Part shown: in pieces, positions 19,947 to 30,769 of the stretch
Position numbering within the stretch: position 1 is the first letter of the stretch
Layout: every line of letters begins with the position of its first letter
The notes under the pieces: generated by a model
Database searches by the model: none
Seen by the model: only the letters and a program-made list of their open reading frames with translations
What the model was told of the DNA's origin: nothing
Origin: Methanomicrobiales archaeon
GTDB taxonomy: Archaea; Halobacteriota; Methanomicrobia; Methanomicrobiales; Methanospirillaceae
Assembly (NCBI GenBank): GCA_037137755.1
Contig: JBAXJR010000019.1
Span: 1 to 44,652 of the forward strand
Direction: 5' to 3'
DNA length: 44,652 nt
Position numbers and translations under genes: made by a program

Positions 19947-20292
19947 TCGGAATGTGACAATACAGGATTTATAATTAACGAATCAGTTCTCCTTTTCCTG
20001 ATAGGGGTCATCTCTCACGGGTATGAGGGGGGGACCAGAAGACCTCGTGGACCGGCCACTCCTGGTCAGTCCGGTTTTTTCTCCCGTACTACCCCCTCGC
20101 GGTGCGATCTGCACCTGATAACAGGGGGCCGGTTCAGCAACAGGCTGGTGAAAATTACCTGCATCTCTGGTGATTATATTAATTATATGTTATTTTAGGT
20201 CTTTCCCGTGAAACGAAAAAGTCATCCATCAAAGCAGAGGCCGTTTCACCGTGTAGTACTAACCTATATGGTTTAAGGGACGACACCTTCAT

Positions 20293-20643
20293 ATGCCGTC
20301 AATGGACCACGACCTGCTCGTCCTTATCACGAACCTGCACGGCACGGACAGGTTGTCGTCCGATAGTTTTACCAGGATGAAAGCATTTCTCATCAACCCA
20401 CTCTTCCGGGCGGTTGCTGATGATGCAACACAGTGGATAACCGTGGGAAATACCGTGGTCCAGGAAGGGCATTATTCACTGGCACTCAAATGTTATGCAA
20501 ACGCCATAGAAATCGATCCGGTTAACATCGACGCCTGGAACAATATTTCTGTCACCTTTGAAACGGTCGGGAGGACTGATGAAGCAGGGCGGTGCAGGAT
20601 GAAGATTGCGGAGATCACCGCTGCCCCTAAAGGGAAGAAATAA
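20293..20643 (+). CDS. TPR-repeat protein
   Basis: W..G...G.Y..AL.CY..AIEIDP....AWNN TPR consensus. Confidence 0.78.
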   Translation: MPSMDHDLLVLITNLHGTDRLSSDSFTRMKAFLINPLFRAVADDATQWITVGNTVVQEGHYSLALKCYANAIEIDPVNIDAWNNISVTFETVGRTDEAGRCRMKIAEITAAPKGKK

Positions 20644-20660
20644 CAATACCCCCGGGGGCC

Positions 20661-21224
20661 TTAAGCTCCCGTGGACGGAAGAACCCTGATATCCATATCT
20701 GCGATCTGGCGGTATATTTTTGATTTTTCCGCGAGGGTCCACCGGTCAAAAACCAGGGACTGGAATGGCTGCCAGATTACCACCCAGCAGAAAATTACGA
20801 GGACGTTGAGTGCAATAACTGCCGAGGGAACATGCGGAAACTCGGTTAACAGTGCGATCCCGATAAAGGAGGGTATCGCGACCCCGAGGGTGAGCCAGAC
20901 TTCCCGCAGACCAACCCTGACCGTCAGGATGCTGCTTCGTTGTATCTCGGTGGAGCGGAATTTAAAATGGGCCCTCGTCGCAGAAACGATGGCATTCTGC
21001 CGTCCGGGAGTGAGATCTGATACAGGGAACCGCAGTTCTATGTGATCGCAGATAGGTGAAATTTTTTTATCCGGCACATCAAGGACAGAGAGGACGATCG
21101 CATTTTCAGCACGGTCGGTAAGTTCACGGTCATTTTCCGGGGACGGGTCATCAGAATCGTAAAAGTGGGCAATTGTCCTGAACGTTACTAAGGCGAGAGT
21201 GTGAGGATTGTTTTTTTCAAGCAT
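20661..21224 (-). CDS. Hypothetical membrane protein (two C-terminal TMs)
   Basis: 187 aa ORF with SD-like GGTGA, DPSP...REL motif, two TM helices and WVVIWQP. Confidence 0.7.
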   Translation of the reverse strand: MLEKNNPHTLALVTFRTIAHFYDSDDPSPENDRELTDRAENAIVLSVLDVPDKKISPICDHIELRFPVSDLTPGRQNAIVSATRAHFKFRSTEIQRSSILTVRVGLREVWLTLGVAIPSFIGIALLTEFPHVPSAVIALNVLVIFCWVVIWQPFQSLVFDRWTLAEKSKIYRQIADMDIRVLPSTGA

Positions 21225-21509
21225 ATAAGTTCACCGCGTCAACTGCTGGTATCCTATAGAACAGCAGGGGAAATAATTCCTCTTTATGCAGTGGTGCCGG
21301 GTGTGCCATGCACATAGGCATGAATCTCACACGGATTTTCCAGCGGGATGCTCTTTCGACGTAGTTTTCAGGGGGTGTTTCTTCAGAAGAATTCGCAACC
21401 TCCAGGGGAGCCCGGGTATCAAGGTGTACTGGAGAAAAATGAGCAATGACCGGCCCGGGGTTCTCGGGAAATCGCTCTCATTGCAGTCCATACCTGATTT
21501 TCAGGGGGT

Positions 21510-21776
21510 TTAGTCTTCGGACTCAGGTGTAGGTGGAGTTTTATAGATCAGCCATAACACCCCTGCTGTACAGGCAATGATGATTACCGCAAGAAGGACG
21601 GCACTCCAGATATCTTCATTGAACTTCGTGCTCACTGACAGTGAGGTCCCGAGAATGTTGTTGACCATCCCGATCAGGAGCGAAATTGCAAAAAATATAA
21701 AAAATCCGGCAAATATACCGAGGATCACACCTGCAACAATCCTGAGGGGTGCGGGTTTTGGAAGGTTATCAGTCAT
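21510..21776 (-). CDS. Small two-TM membrane protein
   Basis: MTDNLPKPAPLRIVAGVILG..., two TM helices. Likely start 21776. Confidence 0.65.
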   Translation of the reverse strand: MTDNLPKPAPLRIVAGVILGIFAGFFIFFAISLLIGMVNNILGTSLSVSTKFNEDIWSAVLLAVIIIACTAGVLWLIYKTPPTPESED

Positions 21777-21782
21777 GGATTT

Positions 21783-21807
21783 CCTATATAACGCATTAAT
21801 ATATAGG
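21783..21807. promoter_or_regulatory. Inverted repeat CCTATATA-N9-TATATAGG (TATA-like elements or regulator site)
   Basis: Perfect 8-bp inverted repeat immediately upstream of the 21776 start, in a divergent intergenic region. Confidence 0.35.
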
Positions 21808-22104
21808 GATTCGCATTTCACGTAACGATACCTGGCAGGGAAGGAAACTTTAAACGTAGTCAGGGTTGTACATCTCATGATAACATTCATCCGTTATTGT
21901 CGCCTATAGATGAAGGATTACACCAGTTTTTTTGTTCGATCGCTTCGTTTCCCAATCGTTTTAATTGTTCCCGTGAATATCACCAGGGGATGCGGGTGAA
22001 GACGAGGTTTGATTGGGCACCGGCGAAATTTCCGGGCCGCAACACCCGGTTACGAGCAACATGAAAACCGAACATGACATAAAAAAACGACAACCCGGGA
22101 TACC

Positions 22105-22398
22105 ATGAACACCGTTAAAGTATTCTGCCTCGATACCTGCGAACACTCTAATGACCTGAAACAGGAACTCTGGGATAACAATATCGCTTTTGAAGAGGTG
22201 TATCTCGGGAGTACAAGGGCGATTCACGACCTCCGGAACGGAGGACTCTCCCATGCAAGAGCCCCGGTTTTACAGGTGAAAGAAAGATTTTACACGGGAA
22301 ATGACCTGTTCCCGGGGGGTATTATGGACAGCTCATTTATTGAGCAGTGCCTCCTTGGCACAGAATCCCTGGCAGTACAGGTAAAAAGCAACGGATAG
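22105..22398 (+). CDS. Glutaredoxin/NrdH-like thioredoxin-fold protein
   Basis: VKVFCLDTCEHS...LKQEL...IAFEEV...APVLQV; CxxS in place of CxxC. Confidence 0.65.
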   Translation: MNTVKVFCLDTCEHSNDLKQELWDNNIAFEEVYLGSTRAIHDLRNGGLSHARAPVLQVKERFYTGNDLFPGGIMDSSFIEQCLLGTESLAVQVKSNG

Positions 22399-22520
22399 TT
22401 TAGCGAATATGCCCGTGCCCATAACGAGCTCAAGCGGGAAGGCGGAGCAGGCCGCATCCTAACCGTGATCAACGATTGCCGGTTGCAACGGGGCAGGTAT
22501 ACACGGAGGACTGACCGCGA

Positions 22521-23254
22521 ATGACCACGGGTAATTCAGTACACTACGAGGGACTGACGATCCCCTATGATATCACATTCAGCCCAAGACGGAAGAGTAT
22601 AGCGATACTAGTCCACCACACGAAACGGGTTGAAATTAAGGCCCCCACCGGCACTTCCGCCTCATTCATCCATGACCTTACCATGAAAAAAGTGACCTGG
22701 ATAGTAAAACGACTCATAGTTCTCGATTCAATGAATGCCCTCCATACAGAACGCAAATACCACGAGGGAGAGGTATTTTTTTCCTCGGTACCCCGTTTAC
22801 GTTGTCCTTTAACCCCAACACGGTCGTCAACGGAGGGGTCCGCCAGGATGAAAGGAATCTTGTTGTGAGTATTCCAGGGTCATTAACCGGGCCTGGTCAG
22901 ACGCATTCTATCAGGAAACTGGTGCAGGACTGGTACCGGGACCAGGCTTCCCGCATAATCGGAGAGAAAATTAAGGAATATGCCCTGGTTCTCGATGTAG
23001 AACCGCCACCATTCAGATTGAGAAATATCAGATGCCGATGGGGGAGTTGCAACCATGAAAATAATCTGAATTTTAATATACGGCTCGTGATGGCGCCGAT
23101 CGGTCTCGTCGAATACGTGGTGATGCATGAGCTCTGCCATATAAGGCATAAAAACCATTCCCGGGCATTCTGGGAAGCATTAAGGGAAGTGATGCCTGAT
23201 TACCGAGAACGAAGGGATCTGCTCAAAAGTGAGGGGCACCGTTACGTGCTGTAA
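22521..23254 (+). pseudogene. YgjP/DUF45 (SprT-like) zinc metalloprotease family, frameshifted
   Basis: The N-part (RRKSIAI..VEIKAP) and C-part (RWGSC...YVVMHELCH..HKNHSRAFW) lie in different frames, joined at a T7 run (22776-22782). One extra T restores FFFLGTPFTL. Confidence 0.82.
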
Positions 23255-23569
23255 AACGGATGTTGAATTGTGCAATCTGCGCTTCTCAGTGTTAATAGGC
23301 CCTGCTGTTTATTCATGTTATTATTATTCAATGATTTCCGGGACTCCCTCCCCGAAAAAATCCAGGGTAATGGTTGTTATCTTTCCATTATCCGCCAGGT
23401 TTTCTTAACAAGTGACCGGTGGGACACGGGGTTGAATACACGGGACCCGGTGAAGTCAGCAGGTAATTGAATCATACCCTATAAGTACCCCGCCGTGCAA
23501 CGGATGGATCAAGGGCGGGTTATACTCATCACCGGGGAGTAACGCCTGCTAACAACAAGGGGTGGACTA

Positions 23570-24004
23570 TTGATCGGGATTTACCAGAAGATTGTAATTG
23601 CGACCGACGGATCAGAAAAGAACCTGAGCGCGGTAATTGAGGGATTGATGATCGCCCGCGTTTCCGGGGCAAAACTCCAGATTATCTATGTAATTGACAC
23701 GAAGCCCCTGACCACGGGTGTCATCGAGGAGTCATATGCCGGCATGTATGACAGCCTCCGCGAGGAGGGGGAACAGGCACTTGAACAGGCAAAGGAGCTG
23801 GCTGGAGACCTTGATGCGGAGACATTTCTTCTTACCGGGAAACCTGCAAATGAGGTTACCCGGTTTGTAAAAGAACATGGTGCAGATCTGCTGGTAATAG
23901 GGACGCAGGGGAAAACCGGCCTCGGAAAACTCATCCTCGGGAGTGTCGCCGAGACCATCGTCCGGACATCCCCCTGTTCCGTGCTGGTGGTGAGGAAATC
24001 ATAA
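23570..24004 (+). CDS. Universal stress protein (UspA family)
   Basis: YQKIVIATDGS, DLLVIGTQGKTGL...LGSVAE.IVR.SPCSVLVV; TTG start. Confidence 0.92.
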   Translation: MIGIYQKIVIATDGSEKNLSAVIEGLMIARVSGAKLQIIYVIDTKPLTTGVIEESYAGMYDSLREEGEQALEQAKELAGDLDAETFLLTGKPANEVTRFVKEHGADLLVIGTQGKTGLGKLILGSVAETIVRTSPCSVLVVRKS

Positions 24005-24245
24005 AAAAATGACCCTGCTGACATCCTGCATTATGGTATTAAAAAGCGGAATTCACGTTAAAGGGAGGAGTTTCACCAACACCCTGCCCAGGCACCTCCA
24101 TGGATATTCTGTGGACAGGGTTCACCTGGGGGGTTACGGATAATTTCTTTATTCATTGGAACTACCCAGGATTACTATTTTTCAGGACTCCGGCACCAGG
24201 CCCTGCAATGGGACATGGTGAGAACGACATGACCATGACGGTACA

Positions 24246-25312
24246 ATGTTCAGGACGAGGAACCATATGACATCCGAATTTCGCATATCTGGCAGCGAAC
24301 AACCAGGCCCGGGAACCTGCACCACGCCCCGGAAGCAGGACCATCCGGGAACCGGTACAATTGCAATCATTGGAATTACTATCATTTTCTTACTCCTTGT
24401 TGCAACCAATGTCTCGGCAGCAAAGATGAAAATGACCTACCTCGGAGATATGGTTAATTTATCGGGGTATTCACCCGGGAGCGATATCGTCTATCTCTTC
24501 ATGACAGGTCCGAACCTTCCCTCAAACGGGGTGGCCCTGAACAATATTAACCATATGGCTGATAAGGGGGGCTTTTCAACTGCCGATGTCGATCCAGACG
24601 GCCGATGGGTCTACAAATGGTACACGAATGAGCTTGGCGGAACAATAGATGCCGGTACTTATACGGTATGGGTGGCCGACAGGCCGGTGGACAGGTCACA
24701 TCTAAGCGGGAGCAATTATCGTTCCATCCCTGTCCTCCTGCAACAGCCAGGGATAACTGCCAGGTCATCAACCGCAACCGGGGCACTCCAGGTCAGGACA
24801 ATACCAGGCGGGGCTGTTCTTTCCCTGAACGGTGAGGACATGGGAGTCACCCCGGTAACAATCCCTGACCTTCCCGTGGGAGTATACGTGCTCGTACTTT
24901 CCAGCCCGGGCTACCAGGACCAGAAAATACAGGCCATCGTTACTGAGGGAGCCCTTACCAGGGTCAGTGTACCATTACCTGTTGAGAATGGTCCCCTCTA
25001 CGTCAATACTACTCCAGTAGGAGTTGAAATTTCTATAGAGGAGATGCAGGCCGGAGTAAGCCCGATCTTACTCCGGTACCTGGTACCCGGGTATGATATA
25101 CTGGATACCAGGAAGCCCGGATACACTGCATCCAACCAGGAAGTAGGGGTTTTAGGGGACCGTATGATACCAGTACAGCAAACGCTTGGGGAGGGAACAC
25201 CACCACCGGGCATACCTCCTCCCGTTACCGTGCAGCAGGAATCGTCCCGGAAACAATGGTGATTTGCATTATTGCATTCATGGTGCTCGTCTGGCGGACG
25301 AGGCAGGGCTGA
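24246..25312 (+). CDS. PEGA-domain surface protein; C-terminal anchor lies in the -1 frame
   Basis: Signal-like hydrophobic segment and PEGA repeats (GALQVRTIPGGA..GVTP...GY). The ORF stops at 25262, but the -1 frame from 25229 encodes RAAGIVPETMVICIIAFMVLVWRTRQG-stop(25312). Confidence 0.75.
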
Positions 25313-25553
25313 CCCGGAGATAGTGTAGTACACGTAAAAATAGTGTATCATCATTCTACGTTTTCTAAAATTTCCTCACACCTTTTATTCTTACGGGTTT
25401 TTGTCTCTCTTTTTGTTTGCGTAAACAGTCCGGATTAACCTTTTCAATGGCGACTATTGATCGACCTTTGCAAACCTGCACGGTTATAGCACAACGTACA
25501 TGCCTTTCAGATACGTAAAATTTTGAAAAAAATATTGAAATTTCGAAATCCGG

Positions 25554-25892
25554 TTATATGTACCGGTTACGCCGGAGCCAGTCCACCTGGGGGGGCATGT
25601 ACCGGTATATGATATCGCACTTCTCGTCCTGGAAACTCCAGGGGGTCACGATCAGGGTATCTCCTTCCCGGATCCATACTCGTTTCTTAATTTTTCCCTT
25701 AATCCGGCCCATCCTGGTTATCCCGTCATAACAACGGACCCGGATATGGTTTGCACCCATCATAAGTTCTGCCTGCGCGAACTGTTCTTTGGCCCATTTT
25801 TTTGGTAAGCGGACACGGGCGGTCGGGGTTCCGTCCGGGTTTACTGCATTCAGATCTACTTCGTCGCCATTTTTATTCTGATTATTCCTAAT
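25554..25892 (-). CDS. eif1a: Translation initiation factor aIF-1A
   Basis: RVRLP...MMGANHIRVRCYDG..RMGRIKGKIKKRVWIREGD.LIV.PW.FQDEK.DIIYRY. Start proposed at ATT 25892 behind SD GGAG; the ORF track start is 25952. Confidence 0.93.
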   Translation of the reverse strand: MRNNQNKNGDEVDLNAVNPDGTPTARVRLPKKWAKEQFAQAELMMGANHIRVRCYDGITRMGRIKGKIKKRVWIREGDTLIVTPWSFQDEKCDIIYRYMPPQVDWLRRNRYI

Positions 25893-26347
25893 TGACCCAA
25901 CTCCTGATTCAGAGTATAAATGATGTCTGACGCAATTAATGTATCCCAACATTTATAACGGTGAAAAGGGTTGAACCCAATCACCGATGCCAGGTGCTTC
26001 TCACTATATCAGGTCGTAAATCTCCAAGGACCCGGTACCTGTCATGGTTGAGTACTACAACAGGTCTATCTTCCATACGCAATGTGACCGTTCCATTCAC
26101 GATAACGGGTTGAAGTTGTCAAATAATCCATCCGCTACCCGGAACTGTTTTATTTTGTCATTTACTCGTGTCCGCAGAGGATTTTGCAGTCACAACGGTC
26201 CCGGGAACCCGGGTTTACAGGACTGGGGAATCAATCGTGAGGAATTTTTTTGTCACGATACATGGCTGGAGACAATCCGGCATGAGGAAATAGTTCAGTT
26301 GGGTTTTTTATTGATTACGCGAAAGAAAAAAACAGGAGGGCTATTCA

Positions 26348-26860
26348 GTGGACCTTGAAATTTTCGAAATGATGGATGATGCGGAGAAGAAAAACTTCCT
26401 GGAATTTATCCTCTGGCATTACCGCGTCGTGGACGCGTTCTGGTTTATCTACGTTGGTGAAAAGTATGGTCAGACTGTTGCGGAGTCGTTGAATGAACAG
26501 GTATGGGGCCGCGTTGCAGGTATGGCCGCCAGGGACATTGTCAGGCGTTTCAATACTACCGAAAAGGGTCTTTCAGGGTTTGTAAAAGCCCTCCGTCTCT
26601 TTCCCTGGGCAATTATTGTCGGATATACTATTGAGGAACGCGATGATGAGGTTATCATATCAGTACCGTCCTGCCCGACTCAGGAAGCACGGCTGAACCG
26701 CGGTTTGGAGGAATATGTATGCAGGGAGATGCACCGGGCTGAATTCACCAGTTTTGCGAAGGAAATTGACGACCGGATCTGTGTTGAATGCCTCTTCGCT
26801 CCCCCGGACCCGCACCCGGACGACATGTTCTGCAAATGGCGGTTCTATCTGAAAACATAA
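26348..26860 (+). CDS. DUF6125 / V4R-like ligand-binding protein
   Basis: DAFWF...[27 protein letters not shown]...FCKW Cys/His pattern; SD GGAGG, GTG start. Confidence 0.7.
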   Translation: MDLEIFEMMDDAEKKNFLEFILWHYRVVDAFWFIYVGEKYGQTVAESLNEQVWGRVAGMAARDIVRRFNTTEKGLSGFVKALRLFPWAIIVGYTIEERDDEVIISVPSCPTQEARLNRGLEEYVCREMHRAEFTSFAKEIDDRICVECLFAPPDPHPDDMFCKWRFYLKT

Positions 26861-27132
26861 CAGCCGGAGACGGGCAGACAGGTAGAGGGGGTAAAGTTTT
26901 CTCGCGGTTCACGGGGGGAAAATACCTGGTGTCGTGGGGGGACTTCGATGATTCCCGATCACCCGGCACCGGAACCCCCAGTCCCGGTGCTAAAAAACAT
27001 CATTCAATGATCGGGCCCTGTGGTTGAAGGAAGGCAGCAACCTTGAGACTGTTCTAACCCCTTCTGACTACGAAGAGCTGCAAACATTAAAAGCCTAGAT
27101 TGAAGTAGTTATCTATCGAGGAGAATCTGTAC

Positions 27133-27531
27133 CTGGTAACACTGACCGATGAGATCAAGGAATCGCTGACAGGGACCAAGCTCGTGTTCCTGGCTACCGC
27201 TTCAAAGGAAGGTACACCCAATGTTGTCCCTATTGGAGCGTTTAAGCTTCTGAATGACGAAACGCTTCTTATTTCCGACCAGTTTTTCAACAAGACGCTG
27301 AAGAACATGAAAGAAAACCCGAAGATCGCCATATCCTACTGGGGTGATAAGGGTGGCTTCCAGATCAAGGGTTCGGTAACCATCCACACCAATGACGAGG
27401 TCTTTAAACAGGACGTCGCGTGGATGAAAGAACTCAGGCCCAACCTTGCCCCCAAGTCCGCGGTAATCATGAAGATCACTGAAATCTTTATTATCAAGGC
27501 TGGCCCCGATGCGGGAAAGAAGATAGGATAA
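27133..27531 (+). CDS. Pyridoxamine-5'-phosphate oxidase-like FMN-binding protein
   Basis: FLATASKEGTPNVVPI...DQFFNKTLKN..ENPK...GFQIKG. N-terminus extended in frame to a CTG at 27133 behind SD GAGGAG. Confidence 0.85.
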   Translation: MVTLTDEIKESLTGTKLVFLATASKEGTPNVVPIGAFKLLNDETLLISDQFFNKTLKNMKENPKIAISYWGDKGGFQIKGSVTIHTNDEVFKQDVAWMKELRPNLAPKSAVIMKITEIFIIKAGPDAGKKIG

Positions 27532-27776
27532 ACTCTCCCGGTTAATCCCGGAAGCATAACGATCCAACACTCATTTTATTTTAGGTTTGGCTCAATGTTA
27601 GCCTCTCATCCCGGGGATTCGCTACCAGAAGAACCATCAAGTCAGCAGATTACATCACAGCGATCTTCATTTTCGTCTGATGAATGAAAGGGACAGGTAA
27701 TCAATTTTTTTCTGAAAAAATTCATGCCGGGGTACGCACTCATCCCCATTTTTCCAGGCGGCAGGATGACACCCTC

Positions 27777-28460
27777 TCACCTCATGTGTGAGCCGTCACA
27801 ACATGGCTGGTTTCCTGATTTGCCGCAACGGCACAGGGTAACACGGTTGCGGATTTCATAGACAAACCCGTCGGCAGCGATGACGGTAATACCACCACGG
27901 ACCCACAGGGGTCCTAAAATTCCCTTTATGGGTCCTTCAACGAGCCCGATGGATTTTTCAAACACTGGCTCAACAGGCTCACCCGTTTTTTTATCCCAGA
28001 TAACAAGACGCCCCGAATGGCAGTCAGCTGCCATTTGTATGGCTGTTTTCTTCGCTTCATGGTTACCTGATTCTTCAACGAGGTCCCAGATACCTTTTCC
28101 ACGGATACAGAAACGGGCATGAGAACAAAAACCCGGTGCATCACTTAACCGGATACCCGGGCCATCAGTCCATTCAGCCCGCTCGAGATATGGTACACGA
28201 CTGGCAGTTTCCATCCCATCGAAGTGGTTGGTCTGGTGTGTCCCATCGCAGAAGGGTTTATAATGGGAACCCCCGCAACGGCACAGGGCTGAGGTCTCCG
28301 GTACAGGGTACCGTTCATCACCCTCCTTCCATTCGACAGCATCCCCGCTGAAATTGCAAACAAGGGTCTGCCTTGAAAGCGGGACACTTCCTGAAACGAT
28401 ATAGGGGCCGTTTTTTGTAATCCTGATCGAGGGTTCATTTTTTTTATGGGCATCCGACAC
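27777..28460 (-). CDS. CDGSH iron-sulfur domain protein (two CDGSH motifs plus a central Cys cluster)
   Basis: LCRCGGSHYKPFCDGTH and LCRCGKSGNQPCCDGSH; central CSHARFC...CHSG. Confidence 0.9.
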   Translation of the reverse strand: MSDAHKKNEPSIRITKNGPYIVSGSVPLSRQTLVCNFSGDAVEWKEGDERYPVPETSALCRCGGSHYKPFCDGTHQTNHFDGMETASRVPYLERAEWTDGPGIRLSDAPGFCSHARFCIRGKGIWDLVEESGNHEAKKTAIQMAADCHSGRLVIWDKKTGEPVEPVFEKSIGLVEGPIKGILGPLWVRGGITVIAADGFVYEIRNRVTLCRCGKSGNQPCCDGSHMR

Positions 28461-28658
28461 AATTCTCACCCTTCACCAAGCTGAATACAAGGTATGTTAC
28501 TATCTTCCTGCATTAACCCAAGCATTTGTTGCAGAATGAAAACCACACTTCCTGCTTTATTTCCCGTCCATTGAAGGACCTTCCTTACCGGGTCCTATAG
28601 AATACCCCGGGGTTATGCGGGTCCACCAGACCTTTGTCCTGCCGGGATGCAACGTTTT

Positions 28659-28967
28659 TTACGAATTCTCAAACTGCTTCACTGCACCCGGCAGGCAGGT
28701 TACAACCCCGCGCACCCCAGACACCGTCAGGGTCATCAGGATTGCATCAACAACTTCTTCTCTTGTCGCACCGGCCTGTTTTGCCATGGGGACATGCGCT
28801 TTCACCGCCATTTCGTCCCCCATCGAGGCCTTCATGGCAATGTAGATCAGCTGCTTTGTCTTCTGGTCAAGTCCTTTTGAGGCAACCAGTGACATGATCA
28901 GGCCATTGAACGCCTTCGCTACTTCCGGTGCTTCGTTCTGGAAAATTTCCATCGGGTTTTCGCTCAT
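28659..28967 (-). CDS. Carboxymuconolactone decarboxylase (CMD/AhpD-like) family protein
   Basis: GLDQKTKQLIYIA...HVPMAKQAGATREEV. Start MSENPME at 28967 behind GAGGA. Confidence 0.85.
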   Translation of the reverse strand: MSENPMEIFQNEAPEVAKAFNGLIMSLVASKGLDQKTKQLIYIAMKASMGDEMAVKAHVPMAKQAGATREEVVDAILMTLTVSGVRGVVTCLPGAVKQFENS

Positions 28968-29454
28968 TTCATCCTCGTCCCGTATATTCGGGTTATTCCG
29001 GCATAAGCTTAGTTCCTGCAGGGGTGGGTGCACGGACGATATGCTATAATTTTTAGATGATATAAAATTCCAGGACAACATGAGGAGGGTCACGTTTACC
29101 CTCATCTATTGCCAGGAGGCCCATAGCACGCCTGGTCACTTTTCCGCTAAAAACTATTGTTACAAATTTATGGCAACACTCATAAAATTACTCCACACTC
29201 CCGGGGCTCAGATTGGGAATAGGAACGGCCCACTCTAATTTTTGATATATTCAGAAAATCTCCGGGTGAACCCTGCCCGCAGAATAACTTCCCAGGGGAG
29301 ATAGGGGGTGGGGTCAAACCACTCATCCCTCAATATCCCCGTTTTTTTCTGTCAGGCAGGATGTCTGAATGGCAGAAATTTTAAAAATATCCGGGGTTTC
29401 GAACGCGGAGAAATAAATTCCATACCCCGCACGGATTTTGAATACGGCCCTCAC

Positions 29455-30582
29455 TTATTTCCCGAACAGCCGTACTACTTCCTTCAGGCATTTGCGGATC
29501 GGGATATGCTGAGGGCAAAAACTCTCGCAAACCCCACAGTCCTGGCAGCAGGACGCTGCACCCCCAAACCCCGTAAAGACCTCGTAGACCAGTTTCGCAT
29601 TACCAAGATCGTCGTAGATGAAGGCATCGTTATACATCGAAAAACAGTCAGGTATCGCGATTCCTCCCGGGCAGGGCATACAATACCCGCATTTGGTGCA
29701 CGGGATTTTCATCTTCTCCTGGTACACGCTTTTTATCGTATTGTATACTGCGAGTTCCTCCTGTGTGAGTGTTGATGCTGTCCCGTGATTGGCATAGCCC
29801 GCGTTATCTTTGACCTGGCCCTGTGTACTCATCCCTGAAAGCACCACCGTCACCTCAGGGTGGTCCCATACCCACTGTAACCCCCATTCTGCCGGAGTCC
29901 TGGATATACCGGTTTCAGCCCATATTTTTTTCATTGCACCGGTCTGTTTCGTCAGCGTTCCTCCACGGAGCGGTTCCATGACGATAATATCAAGTCCTCG
30001 TTCATGAGCGTAGCGGAGCCCTTCTGTCCCGGCCTGGTATTCCTCGTCCATGTAATTATACTGCACCTGGCAGAACGTCCAGTTATACGAGCCGACAATT
30101 TCCTGAAACAGTGGAAGACTATCATGGAACGAAAACCCGGCATACCTGATACGGCCGTCTGCAATTGCCTGGTCGAGGAATCCGGTCACGTCCATGTCTA
30201 TTACATGGTTCCAGGTCTTTTTCATGAGCCCATGAAGGAGATAGAAATCAATGTGGTCAGTCTGAAGACGCACCAGCTGCTCGTCGAGAAACAGGTCCAT
30301 GTCCTCCGGCTTCTCCACGGCCCAGACAGGCATTTTTGTCGCAATATTAACCTTTTCCCGGTAGCCACCTGAAAGGGCTCTCCCAAGAAACGGTTCACTC
30401 TCCCCGTTATGGTACACATAGGCAGTGTCAAAATAATTCACACCACGCGATATGGCATAGCGCACCATTTCCGTCGCTTTTAGTTCGTCGATGTGAAAGT
30501 TGGGAGTCTGGGGCAGCCTCATGCATCCAAATCCCAGTATTGAGAGTTTCTCACTGGCTTTTTTCATTGTGCGGTATAACAT
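29455..30582 (-). CDS. Aldo/keto reductase with C-terminal 4Fe-4S dicluster
   Basis: LSILGFGCMRLP, NYFDTAYVYH, ATKMP, IDFYLLH, MEPLRGG, CTKCGYCMPCP and CQDCGVCESFCPQ. Confidence 0.92.
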   Translation of the reverse strand: MLYRTMKKASEKLSILGFGCMRLPQTPNFHIDELKATEMVRYAISRGVNYFDTAYVYHNGESEPFLGRALSGGYREKVNIATKMPVWAVEKPEDMDLFLDEQLVRLQTDHIDFYLLHGLMKKTWNHVIDMDVTGFLDQAIADGRIRYAGFSFHDSLPLFQEIVGSYNWTFCQVQYNYMDEEYQAGTEGLRYAHERGLDIIVMEPLRGGTLTKQTGAMKKIWAETGISRTPAEWGLQWVWDHPEVTVVLSGMSTQGQVKDNAGYANHGTASTLTQEELAVYNTIKSVYQEKMKIPCTKCGYCMPCPGGIAIPDCFSMYNDAFIYDDLGNAKLVYEVFTGFGGAASCCQDCGVCESFCPQHIPIRKCLKEVVRLFGK

Positions 30583-30769
30583 ACGCGTTTCACCACTCCT
30601 AAAATCCCTTGTGATAGCTCTGGCACGGGATCCAGCCGAGTCCTTCCTTTGCATTCATTCCCGGTTTTCACCAGTTCATGATTGGTTTTCCCCTGTGGTC
30701 GGTAATAACTCACCGTAAGGGTATTGCCCTTCGCTGCGGAAATGCTACAAGCGGAAAGATATGATATCA

